From the NCBI GenBank assembly GCA_022840695.1, contig JALHDC010000003.1, positions 11,538 through 75,537 on the forward strand: a stretch of 64,000 nucleotides of DNA, read 5' to 3'. Source of the DNA: a bacterium. GTDB lineage: Bacteria > Patescibacteriota > Dojkabacteria > SC72. Each line of letters begins with the position of its first letter. The first letter of the stretch is position 1. Below are positions 30,775-40,299 of this stretch, in pieces. Made by a program: the position numbers and the translations under genes. A model generated the notes under the pieces. The model searched no databases, had not been told where the DNA came from, and saw only the letters and a program-made list of their open reading frames with translations.

Positions 30775-30929
30775 ATTTATGTGTGTATATGAAGTTATTT
30801 AATATATAGATGGTATCACATCTATGTGACTTATAGAATATTAAATTTCGTTAATAATTTACATATAGTCATTGAACTGGAGGGATTAGGTACTACGCTT
30901 GACGTAGATTTATTATGGGGAAGAAAATA

Positions 30930-31016
30930 CGGAGAGGGTGGGATTCGAACCCACGGTACAGTAACCTGTACAACGGTTTTCAAGACCGTCCCATTCGACC
31001 ACTCTGGCACCTCTCC
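30930..31016 (-). tRNA. tRNA-Ser (anticodon UGA), type II
   Basis: Acceptor GGAGAGG/CCTCTCC. Discriminator G. Anticodon loop CUUGAAA. Long variable arm. T-loop GGTTCGAATCC. Confidence 0.85.
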
Positions 31017-31076
31017 AAAAGCTTTAGAATTATATCAAAATTTGACTAATTAATATAACTAAAATATTATTATCCT

Positions 31077-32279
31077 ATGAAATCTGCCAATATATTTAGA
31101 GTATGGTTACTACTTTTTCCCCTGCTATTTTTTACTACCAATGCTCTAGCTAATGAATTAGATTCTACAAATTTTAAAATGATTGGAGTTTCTACATCTG
31201 GAGGTGGAGGTATAATGGAATCTACTAACTACTCCCTACTTTCCACAGCAGGACAGATAAGTGCAGATCCTAGAAATTACTCTACTAACTATCGTATTAA
31301 TCAAGATCCTTCAGCCAGATTTACTGCTGCACAGCCAGGAATTCAATGTTTTGAAACAACTACTAATGGAAGTACAGATTGTACATCTGGACCAACAGAA
31401 TTGCTAAGTGGAGGAATGGTTGCCATCTGTGGTCCTGATGGTTGCTATGACAAAGCTAGGTTTGAGATAGAGCCATATGTAAATCCAGTAGATACACTAT
31501 ATATGGTACAAATATCAACTGATAATTTTTCTTCTGATATTAAGTGTGTTGATGGTTCTGTATTTACACCAAAGACTTTAAGTAGTTGTGATATTAATGA
31601 TTTTAGAACTGAGGAGGATTGGGAGGATGAGGTTTTTAATATCAAAGGTTTGCAATCCAATACTCAGTATCATATTAGAATATCTGCATTGCATGGGGAT
31701 TTTAGCCAATCAGATTTTAGTATTGTAGAGAGTGCTACTACTGCACAAGGACTAATAGAGTTTGATATTGATATTGCAATATCAAGTGGAATAGATACTG
31801 AAACAACTCCCCCCTACTCTGTTACATTTTCCAGTGGTAGTGAATTAATTGCAGGAGCTGCAGCTTCCACAGCATCAAGTTTGATTTGGCTTGATGCTAG
31901 AAGTAGTTCCGCTGGAGGCATTGCTATAATACAGTTTGGTAAATATGGGGGTCTGTATAGCGCAACTACTACCGAAACTATCGAATCTGCAACTGAAAAT
32001 CTAGATACAACTGGAGCAGAGGGTTTTGGATTACAAAGTTATTATATAGATTATGAAAGTTCAGGTTACTTAGGAGAGATAACATCATCAACTGATTATG
32101 CAGGATCCAACAACGAGGTTGGAATTGTATCTACTACCGCCAACATGATTTACAATGGAGATGGCCCCATTAATGATGGACGAATGGGTATGTATGTTAA
32201 AGCAAGAGCAGGAGCTAGTAGAACAGCTTCTTCTGATTATTCTGAAGAAATCTATTTTGTTATAGTTCCGAGGTATTAA
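31077..32279 (+). CDS. secreted Ser/Thr/Gly-rich surface protein (first gene of 4-gene surface operon)
   Basis: Signal peptide ending ALANE. Low-complexity S/T/G-rich, several Cys. Single WxL-like SSLIWLDA segment. Confidence 0.5.
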   Translation: MKSANIFRVWLLLFPLLFFTTNALANELDSTNFKMIGVSTSGGGGIMESTNYSLLSTAGQISADPRNYSTNYRINQDPSARFTAAQPGIQCFETTTNGSTDCTSGPTELLSGGMVAICGPDGCYDKARFEIEPYVNPVDTLYMVQISTDNFSSDIKCVDGSVFTPKTLSSCDINDFRTEEDWEDEVFNIKGLQSNTQYHIRISALHGDFSQSDFSIVESATTAQGLIEFDIDIAISSGIDTETTPPYSVTFSSGSELIAGAAASTASSLIWLDARSSSAGGIAIIQFGKYGGLYSATTTETIESATENLDTTGAEGFGLQSYYIDYESSGYLGEITSSTDYAGSNNEVGIVSTTANMIYNGDGPINDGRMGMYVKARAGASRTASSDYSEEIYFVIVPRY

Positions 32280-32352
32280 ATACAGCTCTTGACTTAATTA
32301 AAGAGCTAATATATCTTTTATTATTAATTAAGAACTTGGCTGCCCTACTTAA

Positions 32353-33486
32353 ATGAAACACCAAATAAAACTTGTTTCCGCCATAACAATAACTCTACTT
32401 GTTTCATTTTTTTTCTTAGTCTTGTTTCCAGGATTTAAATCTAATGCAGGAACATTGCCTGCTTTGTATTTTTACCTAAGTAGAATGAAGGCCGATTTGG
32501 CAGGAACAACAGGACAGGTAGTTGAATATGTTTTGGCATTTGAAGTTTCTCAGAGTTTTTCAGCAGATGGACAAGTGGAGATCACTTTCCCATTAGCAGA
32601 TAGTAGTGAATGGTGTAGAACAGCGGGAAATCTTATTGCTACTGGTGTAACAGCTTCTGCTCCAGACATGGCTACAACCGATTTTGATATTGATAGTGCA
32701 TTACCTGATACAGGAAGTGGCTTAGTGGCTGCTTGTACTCAGGGGAATGGAACAACTACGGTTGATACAATAACAATTACTGAGGTTGGAGCACTTTCCA
32801 TAGATACAACCTATGGTGTGAAGATAACTAATGGCTCATCAGCCGGTGTGTTGGGTACATCCTCTACAACTGGACATAGAACAATAACAGTTGAAATTTC
32901 AGAGGGTGTTACTATTGATTCGAAAGCATTTAATGTATACATCATAGCTAATGACCAAGTAGTTGTTTCTGCAACAGTATCTGGTGCACCATCTGTAACA
33001 TGCCAAATCAGTACTAATACAGTAAGTTTAGGAACACTCTATCCAGGAGGTTCTTTTGTCACTGCTACACATACAATTGGAACAAGCTCATCCAACAGTG
33101 GTTACTATTGGGCCGCTTATGGAGAAGGTGACGGATCAACAGATGCAGGTCTTTACAAACCTCCAGCATCACCATACTTAATAGCTTCAACGGGAAGTAC
33201 TACTATCGACCTTACTGGTGGTAATGCGGAAGGTTTTGGGATGACTGTTTCTGATCCTGACACTGCCGGAACAGCTGTAGTACCAACAGATTTCCAAACA
33301 GGAACTTTAGGTCAGTTTGGATCATTAGATAGGGCTGCTGCAGGTGCCAGATTAATTCTCTACCAGCCTGATGAGCAGGGAAGTAATGAAAACTCAACAA
33401 TTACTTACGGTGCCAGAGCAAGTTCTGCTGCAGTATCTGGTAGTTATCAGGAAACTGTAACATTCGTTTGTGGTGGTTATTATTAA
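32353..33486 (+). CDS. secreted Thr/Gly/Ser-rich surface protein
   Basis: N-terminal hydrophobic signal/anchor, T/G/S-rich, ends ..TFVCGGYY. Co-directional with neighbours, with tiny spacers. Confidence 0.5.
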   Translation: MKHQIKLVSAITITLLVSFFFLVLFPGFKSNAGTLPALYFYLSRMKADLAGTTGQVVEYVLAFEVSQSFSADGQVEITFPLADSSEWCRTAGNLIATGVTASAPDMATTDFDIDSALPDTGSGLVAACTQGNGTTTVDTITITEVGALSIDTTYGVKITNGSSAGVLGTSSTTGHRTITVEISEGVTIDSKAFNVYIIANDQVVVSATVSGAPSVTCQISTNTVSLGTLYPGGSFVTATHTIGTSSSNSGYYWAAYGEGDGSTDAGLYKPPASPYLIASTGSTTIDLTGGNAEGFGMTVSDPDTAGTAVVPTDFQTGTLGQFGSLDRAAAGARLILYQPDEQGSNENSTITYGARASSAAVSGSYQETVTFVCGGYY

Positions 33487-33488
33487 TT

Positions 33489-34490
33489 ATGAAAAATCAA
33501 AACCTATATCCTGCCCCATGTTTTTACAAAAAAACTACCCTACTAGCAATCTTCCTCATTGCCTTTCTCTTTGTTTTTAAAACAAACACATTTGCACAGT
33601 CTTCCTTAACAATAGGAACATCTCCTTCTTCTGAAAAGCTTCAATTACAACCTGGAGAAACATATGAAGGAGAAATAGTTGTATGGAATCTATCTGACAA
33701 AACTACCACATATCAAATATACACAAGAGGATTTAGACAGGTAGAGAACCAACCTGGGACAGCAGTTATGCTTACAGAAGCAGAAGAAAGAAAAGCCCTC
33801 TACTCTGCTGCATCTTGGATTACTGTTAGTAAGACAGAGATAGAATTGATTCCGAATAAGAATGAAAAAATATTTTACAAAATCACTGTCCCTGAAGATA
33901 TTACCAAAGGAGAATATACTGCTATAGTTGCATTTATATCTGATACACAAGCCAAATCTCTAGGTACAACAGCTTTCACAAATCTTTCATCAGGAACACC
34001 ATTCTTAATTAAAATTGGTGATGAATTTGTAGAGAATGCTGAACTACTTAAATTTACATCAGATAAAAATTTCTATGAATTCCCTACCGTCACATTTGAA
34101 ACTAGGATAAAGAATTTGGGAGATACCCATATCTCTCCTGTTGGAGAAATCCTTCTTACAAACATATTCAATCAAGAAATTGGGAAAATAATATTCAATG
34201 CAAATGGACAGAGTATTCTACGAGATAATACGGGAAATTATGAAAGTGTATGGGATTTCGGATCTTTCCTAACAAATGATAATAAGCTCATACTAGGGCC
34301 AATAGATGCAAAATTAGTAGTAACCTATCGAAATTTTCAACCCGGTTTTGCTCCATTAGTAGCTGAAACTTCTTTCTGGATAATACCTTGGAAATACATA
34401 ATAATTGCTTTACTCATCATCATTACAATCATGATATTATTAAAGATGAGGAAGAATAGAAAAGAGCAACCTCAACCATTACCTAAGTAA
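33489..34490 (+). CDS. cell-surface protein with signal peptide and C-terminal TM anchor (DUF916/DUF3324-like architecture; inferred)
   Basis: Signal peptide, beta-rich body (..EIELIPNKNEKIFYKITVPEDITKGEYTAIVAFIS..). C-terminal IIIALLIIITIMILL plus KMRKNRK. Start moved to second Met just after upstream stop. Confidence 0.5.
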   Translation: MKNQNLYPAPCFYKKTTLLAIFLIAFLFVFKTNTFAQSSLTIGTSPSSEKLQLQPGETYEGEIVVWNLSDKTTTYQIYTRGFRQVENQPGTAVMLTEAEERKALYSAASWITVSKTEIELIPNKNEKIFYKITVPEDITKGEYTAIVAFISDTQAKSLGTTAFTNLSSGTPFLIKIGDEFVENAELLKFTSDKNFYEFPTVTFETRIKNLGDTHISPVGEILLTNIFNQEIGKIIFNANGQSILRDNTGNYESVWDFGSFLTNDNKLILGPIDAKLVVTYRNFQPGFAPLVAETSFWIIPWKYIIIALLIIITIMILLKMRKNRKEQPQPLPK

Positions 34491-34497
34491 AAAGTAA

Positions 34498-35418
34498 ATG
34501 TTTTTAAAGAAAATCTTTCTAACAATATGCTTTGTTTTGTTGTTTCTAATACCTTCGATGCAGAAAGCACTTGCTAATACAGTTTTTCCATACAAAGTAG
34601 AACGAATTATCTCAAATCAGGAAAGAACAAAAGAAACTGTTTCTTTTAGAAATGACGAAAGAAAAGACATCTATGTATCACCCTTAGTATATTCATACAA
34701 CCCCCAAACATTAGAAATTACTACAACACAAAGCTATATCTTTGTGAGGGCAGATATTGATATATTTAAAGTAGAACCAAATGAAGTTCTAACATTGAAT
34801 TACGAGATTGTACCACCACTTAACATAGAGCCTGGTACATATTTTAATTTAATTGTATTTAGGACAGAACAAGAAAATTCCTTTATACAAGAAGACAATC
34901 CCGTTGGAGTAACGAATAATCTGTCTCACCTTGTTGTATTACATGTAACCGACTCTGAAAGTGCAGTATATGGAATAACTACTGAATTTGCACAAATTAG
35001 CTTAGAAATAGTAGAGAAAGGAATACCATTTATTAGACCAACTAGAGTTAAATATGTTTATCAAAATATAACAAACTATGTGCTTAATCCTAAGGGGGAG
35101 ATACAGATATTTAGTAAAAAGGGAAAATACGCACCGATATATATAAAAATTAATTCAAAAGAAGAAAAGCTATACCCTGGGGGGATCATAGAAGAAGAAT
35201 TTGAAATAGACAGATATGATATTACAGATATATATACAGAAAGGACTATAATTGGAAGATTTTACAATGGTATAGATGAAAATATTATTCTCAAAGAAAC
35301 AACTTTAGAGGTAAACTATACGATATTAGCACTTGGAACAATTACATTGATTGCACTGATTGTTTTAGTAAAAGCTATAGTACAAGATAGGAAGAGATCT
35401 AAAAAGAAGTCTGCATAA
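34498..35418 (+). CDS. paralogous cell-surface protein with signal peptide and C-terminal TM anchor
   Basis: Same architecture as the previous gene (..FKVEPNEVLTLNYEIVPPLNIEPGTYFNLIVF..). C-terminal anchor plus RKRSKKKSA. Confidence 0.5.
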   Translation: MFLKKIFLTICFVLLFLIPSMQKALANTVFPYKVERIISNQERTKETVSFRNDERKDIYVSPLVYSYNPQTLEITTTQSYIFVRADIDIFKVEPNEVLTLNYEIVPPLNIEPGTYFNLIVFRTEQENSFIQEDNPVGVTNNLSHLVVLHVTDSESAVYGITTEFAQISLEIVEKGIPFIRPTRVKYVYQNITNYVLNPKGEIQIFSKKGKYAPIYIKINSKEEKLYPGGIIEEEFEIDRYDITDIYTERTIIGRFYNGIDENIILKETTLEVNYTILALGTITLIALIVLVKAIVQDRKRSKKKSA

Positions 35419-36289
35419 CTTTCTTTGTTGTCTTGAAGCTAATCTTTGCTACACTCTCCAACTCTTTGCTTCCATACTTTTTTACAAATTCTTGGGCAGA
35501 GGATATTACATTTGAAGCACCTTTAGGAAAATTGAAATAATATCTTTTATTCAATTTTTCCATTTCTTCTAAGAATATTCCCCTGGCTATGATAGATGCT
35601 GCGGCTACTGCCAAATCACTCTCTCCCTTATGAAATTGTACAAACTCTATTTCTTTTGCTAATGGACCTAATTCATCTATTACCCTACTCTCTTTTGAGG
35701 AGAATTGGTCTATTACTACCTTCTTACACTCAATATTTTTATTCTTAAGATCATTTAAACCCATTTCTATGACTTTAGAGTGTTGTTTAGCAAGCATAAT
35801 TGCCACATTCTTTAGCTCTTTATACTGCCTATTATATTCAGAAGGATCTAGCACAGAATGATAGCAATATTTATAGCTCTTTAGTTTCTCATACATTTTT
35901 CTAATACTGTTATCCGAAAACTTCTTTGAATCCCCTATTCCCAAAATAGAGAATTCTCTTAAGAAATCGGTATTAACAAAACAAGATACGACAATTAAAG
36001 GTCCGAAATAATCTCCTTTCCCTACCTCATCTACACCCAAATGAGATTCTATCGTTAACTCTTCATCTCCCTTTATATTATTTACTAATATATTGAAATC
36101 TTCATTTCCCTGAAAAACAACTTTCATACTAGTATAGAGGTTGCAAACGGAACCTTTTTGATTTTTCATTCTTAAGGAAATATATTCATTGTTTATACTA
36201 TCCTCAAACCAACCACTTCCTACTAGAATATCCTTTAGTCTATCCGCTTGATCTTTCGTTAATTGTAAGGAGACAGTGTTTTGACTCAT
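35399..36289 (-). CDS. rnhC: ribonuclease HIII
   Basis: GVDEVGKGDYFGPLIVV RNase HII/HIII active-site motif. About 85-aa N-terminal extension typical of HIII. Confidence 0.8.
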   Translation of the reverse strand: MSQNTVSLQLTKDQADRLKDILVGSGWFEDSINNEYISLRMKNQKGSVCNLYTSMKVVFQGNEDFNILVNNIKGDEELTIESHLGVDEVGKGDYFGPLIVVSCFVNTDFLREFSILGIGDSKKFSDNSIRKMYEKLKSYKYCYHSVLDPSEYNRQYKELKNVAIMLAKQHSKVIEMGLNDLKNKNIECKKVVIDQFSSKESRVIDELGPLAKEIEFVQFHKGESDLAVAAASIIARGIFLEEMEKLNKRYYFNFPKGASNVISSAQEFVKKYGSKELESVAKISFKTTKKVMQTSF

Positions 36290-37731
36290 AATTTCTCTAT
36301 TTGTTGTCCTTCTGAGGTATCTTTCACAATATATCCCAACTTAGAGATTTCATCTCTTAGATTATCTGATTCTTCAAAGTTTCTCTCATTTCTAACCTTT
36401 TGTCTTAAATCAAGTAATTCTTTTACTTGTGAAGGTATTTCTATGGGATCTTCATTCACTTTATCCAAATCTAGACCTAACACTCTATCGAAATCTAATA
36501 CTGTAGCCAGAATATCTTCTTTTGGATTATCTGACTTAAGCAATTCATTGAGTATTGATAATACTTCTGACATATTTAGATTATCTTCTAAAGCTTTCTT
36601 GAACCTTTCTACATATTCTTGTATTAGATTACCTTTTTCTTTACCTAGTTCTTTTACCTTTCTAGTAATCGCTAATCTAGCATTCCTAGAACCTTCTAAA
36701 GATTCTACAGAGAATTGAATTCGAGTTCTGTAATTAATTGAGAGGAGTAGATATCTAACATCCATAGCATCAAATCCTAACTCAATCAATGTTGGAAGAT
36801 ATGGAGCATTACCACTACTTTTAGATAATTTCCCGTCATCCTTATTTACCAACCATTCATTATGTACCCAATATTTAACAACTGGATGTCCAAAAGCTCC
36901 AATATTCTGGGCTCTTTCATTCGTATGGTGAACAGGAATATGATCAACTCCACCAGTATGAATATCAAACCTCTCGCCCAGTTTAGCTGTACCCATTGCA
37001 GTACATTCAATGTGCCATCCAGGGAAGCCAACTCCCCAAGGAGATTCCCAATTCATTAGATGATTTTCATACTTGCCTGTCTTTTTCATCCAAAGAACAA
37101 AATCAGCAGGATTTTTCTTGTCCATATCAACCTCAACTTCTTCCCTTACCCCAACTTCTTTTTCATCCAGGTTTTGACCAGTAAAAATACTGTATTCGGA
37201 TATCTTTGTTACATCAAAATACAAAGCTTGTTCTGTTTCGTATGTATATCCATTAGCTTCTATTTTCTTAATAACCTCTATCATTTCTTCCACATACTCT
37301 GTAGCTCTTGTAAAACCTAATTCCTCAACACCTTCATGTGTTAAATCCTTAGGAATTACTTGACCATTTGGAGCTAAAATATTTAAAGCTCTAAAATCGT
37401 CTAAAACTGTATCTATATATTTATTTGCTATATCTATTGGCTGTACTCCCTCCCTTTCAGCCTGTTTGTCCATTCTATCTTCTCCAAAATCACTACCAAA
37501 ATCATCCAAGGAGGTCATATGTCCAACATCTGTTATATTCATTATTCTCTTAACACCGTAACCTAGGTAAAGAAGAGATCTATGGAAAACATCCCAATTT
37601 ACATATGCACGAATATTTCCTATCTGCATTCTGTAATATACTGTTGGTCCACAACTATATATAGATATTTGACCCTCTTTTAATGGTTCTATCTCTACTA
37701 TCTTTCTATCCAATGTTGAGTATAGTTTCAT
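36286..37731 (-). CDS. cysS: cysteinyl-tRNA synthetase
   Basis: CGPTVY zinc site. HIGH position occupied by [22 protein letters not shown] as KLSKSSGN. 481 aa. Confidence 0.85.
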   Translation of the reverse strand: MKLYSTLDRKIVEIEPLKEGQISIYSCGPTVYYRMQIGNIRAYVNWDVFHRSLLYLGYGVKRIMNITDVGHMTSLDDFGSDFGEDRMDKQAEREGVQPIDIANKYIDTVLDDFRALNILAPNGQVIPKDLTHEGVEELGFTRATEYVEEMIEVIKKIEANGYTYETEQALYFDVTKISEYSIFTGQNLDEKEVGVREEVEVDMDKKNPADFVLWMKKTGKYENHLMNWESPWGVGFPGWHIECTAMGTAKLGERFDIHTGGVDHIPVHHTNERAQNIGAFGHPVVKYWVHNEWLVNKDDGKLSKSSGNAPYLPTLIELGFDAMDVRYLLLSINYRTRIQFSVESLEGSRNARLAITRKVKELGKEKGNLIQEYVERFKKALEDNLNMSEVLSILNELLKSDNPKEDILATVLDFDRVLGLDLDKVNEDPIEIPSQVKELLDLRQKVRNERNFEESDNLRDEISKLGYIVKDTSEGQQIEKL

Positions 37732-38354
37732 TATATATCTCTCCTTCCTTCTAATGCTTTCTTTAATGTTAATCTATCTGCATATTCTAAATCAGCACCT
37801 GTGGGAAGTCCCATTGCCAATCTAGTTATTTTTATTTTACCCTCTTTTAGCAAATTCTTAAACAGATCAATTATATAACTAGCTGTGGCTTCACCCTCTA
37901 GACTTGGGTTAGTAGCAACGATGATTTCTACTATATCTTTGTCTTTCAGAAGTTCCTTAACCCTACCCTCTAACTCTTTAAACCTCAATTCATCCTCTCC
38001 TACACCCTCCGCTGGAGATATTACTCCACCTAATACAAAGTACAAACCATCATATACTGCAGAGTTCTCAAAAGCTACAACATCTAAAGGCTCTTCAACT
38101 ATACATAGTTTATCCTTCTTTCTTAAGGGACTACTACATAGGTCACACTCCTCCTTGTCTGTAACATTAAAACAACTTTTACAATTCTTAACACTCTCGT
38201 CCATATCCTTAAGAGCATTGGCTAATTTAGTAGCATCTCCATTAGGAGATCTAAGATAGTGATATGCCATTCTGGAAGCTGACTTAGGGCCCACACCAGG
38301 TAATCTACTGAACTCCTCTATTACTTGTTCAACACTCCTAGGTAATACTGACAT
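37731..38354 (-). CDS. recR: recombination protein RecR
   Basis: HhH (LPGVGPKSASRMA). C4 zinc finger (CKSC..CDLC). Toprim domain. Confidence 0.95.
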   Translation of the reverse strand: MSVLPRSVEQVIEEFSRLPGVGPKSASRMAYHYLRSPNGDATKLANALKDMDESVKNCKSCFNVTDKEECDLCSSPLRKKDKLCIVEEPLDVVAFENSAVYDGLYFVLGGVISPAEGVGEDELRFKELEGRVKELLKDKDIVEIIVATNPSLEGEATASYIIDLFKNLLKEGKIKITRLAMGLPTGADLEYADRLTLKKALEGRRDI

Positions 38355-38355
38355 T

Positions 38356-38658
38356 CTACTTAAACATACTCTTTAATTGGTCTATATCCATATCCTGAAC
38401 CATTTCTTTTTGAAGCTTCTTTTGATAGTCTTTAAAAGCCTCTTTAAAACCCTTCTTTATTGCATCTTCCATATCTGGAGAAAGATACTCTTCATCTATA
38501 TGGACATCTTCAAATTCTTGAGCAGCATTCATATATATTTTAACCATACCATTCTTAGATTCCCCTTTTATTTTTCTTTCTCTTAGCTTATTCTGAAGCT
38601 TTTTAGCTTCACTTTGCATTTTTAATATTTCTACAGGATTTATCATTGTAATATACAA
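38356..38658 (-). CDS. ybaB: nucleoid-associated protein YbaB/EbfC
   Basis: 100 aa. ..KLQNKLRERKIKGESKNGMVKIYMNAAQEF.. matches YbaB family. Classic dnaX-ybaB-recR order. Confidence 0.85.
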   Translation of the reverse strand: MYITMINPVEILKMQSEAKKLQNKLRERKIKGESKNGMVKIYMNAAQEFEDVHIDEEYLSPDMEDAIKKGFKEAFKDYQKKLQKEMVQDMDIDQLKSMFK

Positions 38659-38701
38659 AAAAGTTAATTAATGAGTACTATTATATCCTAAATTGGAGAT
38701 T

Positions 38702-40258
38702 CTACATACCTTCAAATATTGCTTCTATATTTGTAGATATCTTCTTTTCTTCCTTTTTCTCTTTCTTTTTAATGATTGGAAGATTCCTTAAGACAAAATC
38801 TGCTTCTGATTTATTCTTTGGTTTTATACTTGCATTAACTACACAAGATATTCTACAGGCAGTACCATACACCTTTTGAAAAGTTTGAGATATGGCATTC
38901 CTACTAGTTGGAACCTCCATTCTCTCTTTATGAAATTGAAATGGAACCTCTACATACAAAGTACCTTTATCAAAATTTTTAATATCTGCACTCCCTAAGA
39001 ATGCATATAAATGACCATTAAATGGTTTTATTTCATTAACAAATTCCTCCCACTTCTCTTTTATTTCATTAATTGGAATATCTTTACACTCACTCTCAGC
39101 TATCTGAACCTCTTCCTCTTTCTTCTCTTCCTTTTCTTCCCCTTTTGGAATTCGATTTTTGACATCTCTATTTACAATCTCTACCTCTTGTCCAACATCT
39201 GCTTTCATCATTTCAGGAATTATCATCTCTATTACCAAAGCTTGATTGGTGGCATATCGTATTCTATTCTCAGCTTCCAAAAAGAGATTAATCAATCTAT
39301 GAACTAACTTAATATCTAAATCATTAGCAAACTCATACTTATCATCTAACTTCCCCCTTATTTTCCCAACTAATACTTCTCTTAAAATATCTAAAACATA
39401 ACCTGTGAATTGTTGTAAATTAACACCTTTGTTCTCTAAATCTACCACAATATCTAAAGCCTTACTCCCGTGTCCCTCTACTAAGTTCTTTAGTAGATGA
39501 ATCACACTATCAAAATCTGGTAATCCTAAAACCTTCCTAGCCTCATCAGTAGTTATTTCCGACTTTCCCCTTTCTTGTCCAGTATACACAACATCTAATG
39601 TAGAGAGAGCATCTCTATAGCTTCCCTTAGCATTTTGGACAACAATATCCAAAGCATCCTGATGTATATTTATCTTCTCCTTCTTTGTAATTTCTTTTAC
39701 AAAATCTTTTACCTCTTTTTCTGTTCCTAATCTAAAATCATATCTCTGACACCTAGAAAGAATCGTGGGAGGTAACTTATGAACATCTGTAGTAGCGAGG
39801 ATGAAAATTACATGTGCTGGAGGCTCCTCTAGAGTCTTTAAAAGAGCATTGAATGCCTCAGTGGTCAACATATGTACCTCATCGATGATATATACCTTAA
39901 ACTTGCCCTCAGAGGGCGAAAACTCTATCTTCTCTTTTAATTCTCTAATCTGATCAATACCTCTGTTTGATGCGGCATCTATCTCAATTAAATCCATGAA
40001 TCTACCGGTTGTTATACTAGTACAGTATTCACATTCATTACATGGATTACCATCAGCCTTTGGCTTTTTACAATTAACAGCCTTAGCTAATATTCTTGCA
40101 GTTGATGTCTTTCCTGTCCCTCTTGAACCTACAAAAAGATATGCTTGAGATATCTGATTACCTTTTACAGCATTCTTTAGAAGCTTAGTGACATGATCTT
40201 GTCCTTTAATTTCATCAAAGTCCATAGATCTATATTTTTGGTATAGGACTGAAGGCAT
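38702..40258 (-). CDS. dnaX: DNA polymerase III subunit gamma/tau
   Basis: Walker A GSRGTGKTSTARILAKAVNC with zinc module (CNECEYC). Walker B IIDEVHML. SRC motif. Confidence 0.95.
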   Translation of the reverse strand: MPSVLYQKYRSMDFDEIKGQDHVTKLLKNAVKGNQISQAYLFVGSRGTGKTSTARILAKAVNCKKPKADGNPCNECEYCTSITTGRFMDLIEIDAASNRGIDQIRELKEKIEFSPSEGKFKVYIIDEVHMLTTEAFNALLKTLEEPPAHVIFILATTDVHKLPPTILSRCQRYDFRLGTEKEVKDFVKEITKKEKINIHQDALDIVVQNAKGSYRDALSTLDVVYTGQERGKSEITTDEARKVLGLPDFDSVIHLLKNLVEGHGSKALDIVVDLENKGVNLQQFTGYVLDILREVLVGKIRGKLDDKYEFANDLDIKLVHRLINLFLEAENRIRYATNQALVIEMIIPEMMKADVGQEVEIVNRDVKNRIPKGEEKEEKKEEEVQIAESECKDIPINEIKEKWEEFVNEIKPFNGHLYAFLGSADIKNFDKGTLYVEVPFQFHKERMEVPTSRNAISQTFQKVYGTACRISCVVNASIKPKNKSEADFVLRNLPIIKKKEKKEEKKISTNIEAIFEGM

Positions 40259-40299
40259 GGTATATACTAGGACAAAGTTAATAACTTGCCAAGTGAAAA

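Noticed and set aside
30826-31053. 75-aa plus-strand ORF
   Set aside because: Overlaps the tRNA-Ser(UGA) gene on the opposite strand. Its translation is the antisense of a tRNA.
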